Shown piece after piece: positions 1 through 6,805 of a stretch of 7,011 bases of DNA. Source of the stretch: Octopus sinensis (taxonomy: Eukaryota); NCBI RefSeq assembly GCF_006345805.1, contig NW_021829043.1, forward strand, positions 1 through 7,011. The letters are read 5' to 3'. The translations under genes were made by a program, and so were the position numbers. A model generated the notes under the pieces. The model was not told where the DNA came from. It worked only from the letters and a program-made list of their open reading frames with translations, and made no database searches. The first letter of the stretch is position 1. Each line of letters begins with the position of its first letter.

Positions 1-138
1 ACAAAGAAACACAATACAAAGTACTATTTTTTAAACTTTATATTGTATTTTATATTGTTTTATTTAATTTTAATTTATTTCATCCCACCCTCCTCCTTTC
101 CTAACCTCCCTTACCAACGGTGTTACCCTGTTAATTTA

Positions 139-183
139 CGATATATATATATATATGTGTGGTGTGTGTGTGTGGTGTGTGTA
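139..183. repeat. Compound microsatellite (AT)n followed by imperfect (GT)n
   Basis: Directly visible: gatatatatatatatatgtgtggtgtgtgtgtgtggtgtgtgta. Confidence 0.9.
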
Positions 184-469
184 CGCGTTGATTGAAATTA
201 AAGTTGTATTTGTTCTACATTTTACTATAATGATGTTATTGCAAAGGTTGGGAAGATGAGAAAATGTTTTCATCTTCCACTGAATTCCGTCAATAAGGAT
301 TGCCGCCGTCCATTAACAGAAGAAAATTCAAATCATAAAAGGTCAAATGATTCACTCTGAATGTGTAAATAAAGAGTCATCCACCAGAGAGTAAATCATT
401 CTTTGCTTCTGTCAAGAGACTTTGTGCGCGCGCACAAAGAAACTTAGTGCGCGCGCACACAAACACAAA

Positions 470-752
470 CATAGATTTATTCATTGATTTAGGTTCCCAT
501 GTAGTCGCAAGCAGGCACAGATATTCTCATGGCCCTGAGTCTGTCGACCATGGTGGACATGGAGAGTACGAGAACTGTTGGAGGTGGTGTGAGGCAGGTC
601 GGCGCTAGCTCCCCGATGGTGCTCATTTACAATGGAGCCGCATGGGATGACGTATCTTGCTCAAGGCAAAGATACGAAAAGCTTCCCACGCCAGGTATCG
701 AACACACGAACTGACGATTGTGAGCAGAATACCCTAATTACTAGAGCACACT
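470..752 (-). mobile_element. Degenerate tRNA-derived SINE with a Meta/CORE-type central domain
   Basis: The minus strand reads gtgtgctctagtaattagggt (A-box-like), then gttcgatacctggcg (B box, + coordinates 689-703), then ccttgagcaagatac...ggctccattgtaaatgagcacc. That last part resembles the conserved central domain of Meta/CORE-type SINEs. The element ends in an AT-rich tail (aatcaatgaataaat). The 3' boundary is approximate. Confidence 0.7.
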
Positions 753-771
753 TATGTGTGCGCGCGCGCAT

Positions 772-1043
772 GTGGTGTAAGGTCGTGAGTTCGATTCCTG
801 GCGATCCGTTGTGTCCTTCAGCAAGACACTTTATTTGACATTGCTCCCGTCCACTCAGCTGGCAAAAATGAGTCGTACCTGTATTTCAAATGGGGCCAAC
901 CTCGTTACATTCTGTGTAACGTTGAATTTCCCTGAGAACTAAGTTAAGGGTACGCGTGTCTGTGGAGTATTCAGCCACTTGCACGTTAATTTTACGAGTA
1001 GGTTCTTCTGTTCATCGAATCAACTGAAACCGACGGAATGCCA
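772..1043 (+). mobile_element. tRNA-derived SINE, 5'-truncated (A box lost), Meta/CORE-type domain, octopus-type body
   Basis: B box gagttcgattcc at 787-798, followed by gttgtgtccttcagcaagacact and ccactcagctggcaaaaatgagt. The body (gtctgtggagtattcagccacttgcacgttaat...accgacggaatgcca) matches my recollection of an abundant octopus SINE. It shares its head and core with the 470-752 copy in inverted orientation. Confidence 0.8.
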
Positions 1044-1046
1044 GTT

Positions 1047-1207
1047 TTATCATCGACCCTTGTTCTCAACTGGTACTTATTTTATCGACCCCGAAAGAAT
1101 GAAAGACAAAATCGATCTCGGAGGAATTTGAGCCCAGAACCTAAAGACAGGAGAAGTGTCACGAAGCATTTTGTGTGACATGATAACGATTCAGTCAGCC
1201 TGCCGCA
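1047..1207 (-). mobile_element. tRNA-derived SINE, family 'ggcggcgagctggcagaa', copy A (older, diverged)
   Basis: aactggtacttattttatcgaccccgaaagaatgaaagacaaaatcgatctcggaggaatttgagcccagaac aligns with copies B and C. Its B box on the minus strand is decayed (ggctcaaattcc). Confidence 0.8.
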
Positions 1208-1376
1208 TTTTCTTTTCTACTCTCGGCACAAGACCCGAAATTTTGGGGGAGGGTACCAGTCGATTAGATCGAATCCAGTACGCAACTGGTACTTAATTTA
1301 TCGTTCCCGAAAGAAAGAAAGGCAAAGTCGACCTCGGCGGGGTTTGAACTCCAAACGTAAAGACAGACGAAATACC
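1208..1376 (-). mobile_element. Same SINE family, copy B (head truncated, tail type ...ccccctcccccaaaattt...tagaaaaga)
   Basis: Carries the shared core aactggtacttaatttatcg..cccgaaag..gaaaggcaaagtcgacctcggcgg..tttgaactc and stops abruptly at gacgaaatacc (1376), where copy C's tail begins. Confidence 0.85.
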
Positions 1377-1590
1377 TATTTCTTTACTACCCACAGAGAG
1401 GACAAACAAGGACAGACAAACGGATTAAGTCGATTGTATTGACCCCAGTAACTGGTACTTATTTAATCGACCCCGAAAGGATGAAAGGCAAAGTCGACCT
1501 CGGCGGAATTTGAACTCAGAACATAACGGCAGACGAAATACAGGCTAGGCATTTCGCCCGGCGTGCTAACGTTTCTGCCACATCACCGCC
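1377..1590 (-). mobile_element. Same SINE family, copy C (near full length, intact Pol III A and B boxes)
   Basis: The minus strand starts ggcggtgatgtggcagaaacgttagcacg (A box, + coordinates 1565-1580) and has B box gttcaaattcc (+ coordinates 1505-1515). The core ctttcatcctttcggggtcgattaaataagtaccagtt follows, then a tail ending gtgggtagtaaagaaata that differs from copy B's. Confidence 0.88.
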
Positions 1591-2075
1591 TTTTCTGTAA
1601 CATTAATGTTTGTCTCTATGTCAAATTAAAAGGAATACAATTTAACATAGAAATGAAGGATTGCTCACTTTTATTTGCAGAACACATATTACACATTTAT
1701 AAAAGACGAGAAGTGACAGTGACTTCGAATTTCGCCCTGCTGATGTTCAACGAAGGTTAATATATCGATACTCTTATGAAAGTGTAGTTAATGTGCGAAC
1801 GCGCGTGTGTATATCTGTGTGAGACGCTTTTGTGCAAAGGACTCGTCAACAAAATTTCTATAGCAAAGAATTGATAAACTCGTGGCTATAATAGAGTTCA
1901 TTTGGCCAAAGTGCCGCAAACCATTACAACAGAAACAAAAACGCGTAAATCCCTACTTGGAAAGCATAATACAATCCACTCATCTGTGTCTTGTAGCCAA
2001 GCAACAAAAACACCAACAGCAACGATAAGCACAACATGTTATTAACTTTAATCTTTCACATTCTTGTTTTTCCAG

Positions 2076-2176
2076 TGAACGGGATTATCACAAAATGGCG
2101 CATACGTACAAACAATTTCGCGATATCAAAAGCGGGAACCAAAGTGTATTTCAACAATTACGAAGCCATGACAGAC
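2076..2176 (+). CDS. Putative internal exon (101 bp) of an unidentified host gene
   Basis: Branch-like TTAAC at 2042-2046, an AG-free pyrimidine tract (tctttcacattcttgtttttcCAG, AG at 2074-2075) and a perfect donor GAC|GTAAGT at 2177-2182. Two frames are open: (V)NGIITKWRIRTNNFAISKAGTKVYFNNYEAMTD (phase 1 in, 0 out) and ERDYHKMAHTYKQFRDIKSGNQSVFQQLRSHDR. It lies in unique sequence with balanced composition. The coding frame is not determined. Confidence 0.5.
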
Positions 2177-2388
2177 GTAAGTACTCTCACCATTATTTAT
2201 ATATTTACCCACTAATTGGGTTCAACTAATTCTTCATGTCACTTGCTATTGTGTTCGTATTCTGTTGGGAGATAATTCCATTGAAAACCGCTCAAGTTGT
2301 GTAGAATGTGGGTACGAGTTGGAGGTCATATTGACCTGGGAGCAATTATCGATCCCTCAATATAACCCGCAGGCTTATATGTATTACA

Positions 2389-2447
2389 TATGTGCGTTCG
2401 TGTGTGTGTGCGTGTGTGTGTACATAAAGAGAGAGAGAGACAGAGAG
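2389..2447. repeat. Compound (GT)n/(GA)n microsatellite
   Basis: atgtgcgttcgtgtgtgtgtgcgtgtgtgtgtacataaagagagagagagacagagag. Confidence 0.85.
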
Positions 2448-2870
2448 ATGAAAAGCTAACATCCTCTAATATGAAGAACATGGTTTGGGTTTCAAGTTAA
2501 ACTAATTACTGTGGCGGATTATGTTCTTCAACCTTTTTCCTTTCAAGGAATGTGTTTGTATGTGTGTGTGTGTGCGCTTCAGACTTTCGCCTATGATGTC
2601 GATTATTGTCCTTCGCAAGATGTAAGGTGTGGTCTAGTGTGGATCAGATAACTATATTGCACACGACTTTAATAGGCCATATTGTAGTAAAATTAACAGT
2701 TGTAGTGCATGACTCTATATCCAGCAACTAATATTATATATAGGTGTACAGGTTGTTTGAAGTGGTGTGTAGATTTTATATATTAAGGAGAAGGGAGGTA
2801 GGATTTGGTTCAAACCTATTTAACTCTTTCATCCCTTTGAGGATTCATCTTCAATAATTTTCTTTATAAA

Positions 2871-2877
2871 CACACAT

Positions 2878-2911
<34 letters not shown>

Positions 2912-2940
2912 TTATATATTTACATATATTTATATATGTG
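2871..2940. repeat. Compound (CA)n/(TA)n microsatellite
   Basis: Directly visible. It produces the CVCVCV/IYIY tracts in ORF 2829-3026. Confidence 0.9.
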
Positions 2941-3524
2941 TTCATGTATAATTTCTGTATGAACTGTGTGGAAGAGTTATAGAAGAAAAAGAGCCAGGAG
3001 GAATAGAGACAGGGAGAGAGAGACAATGTGCTTAATAAATTACAAAAATTGATCGATATTTATATAAAGAAGAGCGGATATTATCCGACATATACGTGTG
3101 CAATTATGAGAGGGGAGGAGTGAGATATAGAGCTAGGAGAGAAAAATAGAGACAGAAAGAGAGGAATAGATTTAATGTAATTTTTACACTTTTCTTCCTC
3201 TGTCTTCTCTTTCTTTATCTCTGTTCCATCGCCTCCTCCATCCTCACGCTCTTTACCATCAGTCCAAGCGATCAGTGATGAACCTCGTTAATTAGTCATT
3301 ATTCACGTGCTGACACAAAGGTCACGTTACCATCTGTTGCGTTTCCGTGACCTTTTAACCATCGAATTCTCCTATGTATCTGCCAGGTTAGCACGTTGTG
3401 ATCTTGACACACGTAGCAGGGGATTTGTGGCACTATGAGAACATGTACGGAAATGTATGTGTGTGTTGTGTGTGTCTATATATATGGATGTGGGAGTAGG
3501 TACTTGCATTTCCGTGCTTATAAT

Positions 3525-3680
3525 ATCCTTTTATTCTGTCAGACACTAAACTGCGGCCATACTGGGGCATTTGTCTTTTAGCCTATTGATTTTTGTATCA
3601 TTCAAACATTTGCAGAACCTGGCGGAAAGAGACACACACTAGCACAAAGTTGGCATAGCGCCCCCCACCACACTCCGACA

Positions 3681-3721
<41 letters not shown>

Positions 3722-3885
3722 GCACGATAGCCTTTCATACAGTTCCTGTCTATCCAATTCATTTACAAAGCTTTGGTCAGCCTGGGAGCCATATTAGAAA
3801 GCGTTTGCATAAAGTACCCTCTAGGTGAGTGAACTCCCGACACCATGTTGTTGGAAAGCTAAGTTCTGAAGTGTACACACAAACT
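3525..3885 (-). mobile_element. Old, heavily diverged copy of the 'ggcgcaggcgtggctgtgtggtaagaagct' tRNA-SINE family with an expanded internal (AC)n
   Basis: Colinear with the copy at 5912-6305. ctgcggccatactggggca corresponds to ctgtagtcatgctggagca; tacagttcctgtctatccaattcatttacaaagctttggtcagc corresponds to tcgttttccgtctataaattccactcaaaaggctttagtcggc; accatgttgttggaaagc matches the head. Boundaries are approximate. Confidence 0.7.
3682..3718. repeat. (AC)18 microsatellite inside the SINE
   Basis: Perfect dinucleotide run. Confidence 0.95.
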
Positions 3886-3945
3886 CACATACACTCATAC
3901 GTAAATATATAGACAAAAGACACGCTCGTATATATTTCCTACTCA

Positions 3946-3947
3946 TA

Positions 3948-3982
<35 letters not shown>

Positions 3983-4019
3983 ATAATATATATATATAAT
4001 ATATATATACACGTATATA
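3946..4019. repeat. Imperfect (TA)n microsatellite abutting the transposon
   Basis: Directly visible; ends in the TA target site at 4018-4019. Confidence 0.9.
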
Positions 4020-4904
4020 CAGGGTGCGGTGAATATATTATCATCTAAATTATACAAAAATAAAAATAACATTGACATCTCATTTTAACAAATATATTTA
4101 CCAAAATTACATAAAATATCTTGAAATACTAAAGAGTAAATTTATTCAATAAAACCGCCATTGGCTTCAATTACGGCCTCCAAACGACTTTGGAATCTGC
4201 TGCAACTCTGCTGGATGGCCTCTTTGTTTAAGTTGGTGAATGTTGCCATAATCCTTGCCTTCAGTCATCTTTGGTGTTACATGTTTTATTGGTCTCCCGC
4301 TCAACTGCACCCCAATACAGAATAATCAAGAGGGTTGCTGTCAAGAGTTAGGTGGCCAGATGTTAGGGGTGATGTGGTCGCAGCAATTATCTGACAGCTA
4401 TGACTGTGTTATCCTGCTTGTGTAGCATGGTGCAGAGTCCTATCGCCAGACATAGGGTCTTCCAGCAGCCATCCTCTTGATCTAGGTCAACACTACTTCT
4501 TCCAGCCACTTGATGTAGTTCTTCGTGTTGAGTGTGAGGCCGTGTGAGAAGATAAAAGGAGACACAACGTCGCCATCGTTAGTGATCACACGGGGCACCA
4601 TAATGCTGACTGTATGTTTGATTCCTATCAACCTCTCGGTACATGTTTTGGGGACACGGCAAACACTTACATTGACATAAACACTCTGAAATGTTCGTAT
4701 TGGAATTTCCAACGCGAATGCTAAGCAGCACAGCATGTTATTTCCAAATGTCTGGCAGACTGAATTTCATCATGGTACTGTTTATCTCGCAGATGGTATC
4801 CAACTGACCCTACTATACTGTGTGGTCGACAAAATTAAAACTAAATAATGCGTATGCGCGAAATTAAAAATACAGAATGATGACAATTTACCCATCGCAC
4901 CGCG
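4020..4904 (-). mobile_element. Internally deleted Tc1/mariner DNA transposon, DD37D (maT) family
   Basis: Degenerate 26-bp TIRs: 4020-4045 cagggtgcggtgaatatattatcatc versus the reverse complement of 4879-4904, cgcggtgcgatgggtaaattgtcatc (19/26 identical). TA dinucleotides flank both ends (4018-4019, 4905-4906), and a transposase remnant lies inside. Confidence 0.9.
4142..4773 (-). pseudogene. Disrupted DD37D transposase (N-terminal stub plus C-terminal catalytic half)
   Basis: Manual translation across stops and frameshifts gives MMKFSLPDIWK*HAVLLSIRVGNSNTNISECL, an internal deletion near 4665, then AVSPKHVPR..KHTVSIMVPRVITNDGDVVSPFIFSHGLTLNTKNYIKWLEEVVLT*IKRMAAGRPYVWR*DSAPCYTSRITQS*LSDNCCDHITPNIWPPNS(P)DSNPLDYSVWGAVERETNKTCNTKD(E)LKARIMATFTNLNKEAIQQSCSRFQSRLEAVIEANGGFIE*. 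There are 37 residues between the D of DSAPC and the D of NPLDY, which defines DD37D. The first catalytic D and most of the HTH region are deleted. Confidence 0.9.
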
Positions 4905-4985
4905 TATATATGTGTCTGCGTATATATATATATAAATTCTCTCTCTCTCTCTCTCTCTGTATATATATATATGAGAGAAATATAT
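4905..4985. repeat. Compound (TA)n/(TC)n/(TA)n microsatellite
   Basis: Directly visible at the right flank of the transposon. Confidence 0.85.
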
Positions 4986-5315
4986 GAGGCGCAGGCGTGG
5001 CTGTGTGGTAAGAAGCTATGTGGGTGGTTGGAAAGCAAGTTTCTCACCACATTCTTGTGAGTGGATTTAGTTGACGGAAACTGAAAAGAATCCCAGACAC
5101 ACGCACACACATGTTTCTGTATCTGTGTGTCCCCTCCGTCATTGCCTGACAACCAATGTTGGTGTGGTCACGTGCCCCGCAACTTAGAGACCTATAAGTA
5201 CCAGGCTTACAACGAATAAGTCTTGGGGTAGATTTCTTCGACTAAATGGCGGTGCTCCAGCATGGCCACAGCAAATGGATGAAACAAGTTGGAAAATAAA
5301 AGAAAGCATAAAAGA

Positions 5316-5316
<1 letters not shown>
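4986..5316 (+). mobile_element. tRNA-SINE ('ggcgcaggcgtggctgtgtggtaagaagct' family) with a rearranged head
   Basis: The head at 4988-5017 and the body from 5054 (cttgtgagtggatttagttgacggaaactgaa...ggcggtgctccagcatggccacag...gaaacaag, A-rich tail) are the reverse complement of the 5912-6305 copy. The B-box segment is replaced by an inverted head fragment. Confidence 0.85.

Positions 5317-5368
<52 letters not shown>
5317..5368. repeat. (TG)26 microsatellite
   Basis: Perfect dinucleotide run directly after the SINE tail. Confidence 0.97.
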
Positions 5369-5374
<6 letters not shown>

Positions 5375-5576
5375 AGAAAGAGAAAGAGGTGATTATGACT
5401 GGATTCCGATCCCGACAAAGACCGCCATGTTTACCTTTCGTGTCTTCTCTGTCCCCTCAGGTGTCATCTTTGCGCTTTCTAAATTGGACGATTGTCAGAC
5501 ATTTTATCATCGTTAATCTTTATTAATGATTCGTGAGATTACACCAATGAAATGATTGTTTGCTTTTTCTGTACGC

Positions 5577-5606
5577 GTGTGTACAAAACACACACACACA
5601 CACACA
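5577..5606. repeat. Short (GT)/(AC)n microsatellite
   Basis: gtgtgtacaaaacacacacacacacacaca. Confidence 0.85.
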
Positions 5607-5641
5607 ATTTTTATAGATCAATAATTTCTTTTATGGCAAAA

Positions 5642-5802
5642 TTTTTGTTTTTTAATGTTGCTCGTTTTCTCTTGGTGAAGGGACATTGCCCGTAGCCCTT
5701 GTAGATCCCGCCTAAACCTGAGAGATTGATGCCGTTAATAGCCGTCTTGAATCTTTCTAAATCAACATCAGCAGGAAAGATATGAGTAGCGGAGGTACGA
5801 AG
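5642..5802 (-). mobile_element. Possible 3' end fragment of a CR1-group (Crack/Daphne-like) LINE
   Basis: The minus strand translates as LRTSATHIFPADVDLERFKTAINGINL. This resembles the ORF2 C-terminal motif FPRT..LWNSLP..VFP...L..FK..IN with the LWNSLP block missing. A short UTR and an A-rich end (taaaaaacaaaaat) follow. The match rests on motif recall only. Confidence 0.35.
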
Positions 5803-5911
5803 TTGTTAAGGGCCGGCTTATTATTAAGAAAGCACTGACCGTAAAGTAATGGGGTGGGGGGACGGTTGTTGGCAATTGATGTAATTAATGAATTTGGTGA
5901 AAATTATTCCG

Positions 5912-6305
5912 TTATTCTTTTATTTTTTCGCTTGTTTCAGTCATTTCACTGTAGTCATGCTGGAGCACCGCCTTGAAGGGTTTTATTCGAGCAAATCTAC
6001 TCAAGGACTTATTTTTTAAGCCTAGTACTTATCGGTCTCTTTTACCGAACTACTAGGTTACGGGAACGGAAACACACCAACATCGGTTTCCAAGTGGTGA
6101 GACAAACACACAGATACATGCACACACACATATACACATATACGACGGGCTTCTTTCGTTTTCCGTCTATAAATTCCACTCAAAAGGCTTTAGTCGGCAT
6201 GAGGCTATGGTTGAAGACACATGCCGAAGGTTCCACGCCATGGGACTGGACCTGGAGCCATATGGTTTGTAAGCAAGCTTCTTACCACATAGCTTGGCCT
6301 GCACC
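5912..6305 (-). mobile_element. Full-length tRNA-SINE ('ggcgcagg' family) with internal (TA/TG)n linker
   Basis: Minus strand order: ggtgcaggccaagctatgtggtaagaagcttgc (head), ggtccagtccc (B-box-like, + coordinates 6242-6252), ccttcggcatgtgtcttc (core-like), internal microsatellite, ggcggtgctccagcatgactacagt, then tail gaaacaagcgaaaaaataaaagaataa. Confidence 0.88.
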
Positions 6306-6309
6306 TATC

Positions 6310-6805
6310 GGAAATCTATTTTCAAAAACCGAAACAATCACATTACGAAGTGCCCTGACCTGCTTGAAAGAGCAGCCAAATTCCTCTCAGTTCATTCCTA
6401 GCTGATTTGCACTAGGAAAATATTCATAGATTCCTAGTGCTAAAGCTCTATCATCTTTGTTGCGATTAAGAAGTTGCACATACACCAATAATACTGGTCA
6501 ACAATGGAAACGTTCTCTTGGCATCAGAGAAGAAATTAACTGCTTCTGAAGATATTTTTGACCGCTGATTCCAAATATATCTTTAGTTTTTCCTACAACA
6601 AGTCTGATGGAATCTCCCGTCCAAGACGACGTATGAATGATAGGTTTTTGCTGAAGAACCGGCACAAGTGATTTGTTTGTGCTGATAAGATGTTTCTTCT
6701 GTACGTTAGCTCATTTCCTCCATCAAATCGACGTTGTCTGAACAGGCGAACTGTGTACAACGCGTCACGGGTAGACGTCAACGCAGAAAAATGTAGAGAA
6801 GTGTT

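Noticed and set aside
1-130. AT-rich and C-rich low-complexity stretch (possible G-quadruplex on the minus strand)
   Set aside because: Most G-runs are only two long and there is no supporting context.
529-838. ORFs 529-714 and 632-838
   Set aside because: They lie within two SINEs and a microsatellite, with no protein motif or splice support.
1068-1525. Three recurring repeats of about 70 bp that could be mistaken for a CRISPR array or tandem regulatory repeats
   Set aside because: The units are too long, irregularly spaced (216 and 166 bp) and diverged, and they carry Pol III B boxes. They are SINE copies in eukaryotic DNA.
686-1590. tRNA genes suggested by A and B boxes
   Set aside because: No complete cloverleaf is present, and the boxes run directly into SINE core domains.
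1563-3026. ORFs 1563-1760, 2265-2459 and 2829-3026
   Set aside because: They are short, begin at alternative codons or inside a SINE, or are dominated by microsatellite-derived CV/IY/RE repeats.
3275-3313. C/D snoRNA (GTGATGA at 3275-3281, CTGA at 3310-3313)
   Set aside because: The boxes are only about 30 nt apart, with no terminal stem and no suitable downstream D box.
4665-4670. Minus-strand GTAAGT at the transposase deletion junction, suggesting the deletion arose by splicing
   Set aside because: Splicing would remove the donor rather than leave it. It is more likely chance or created by the junction.
4482-4736. ORF 4482-4736 as a functional gene
   Set aside because: Only its second half is transposase frame. 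It is a chimera across a deletion and frameshift, inside a pseudogene with several stops.
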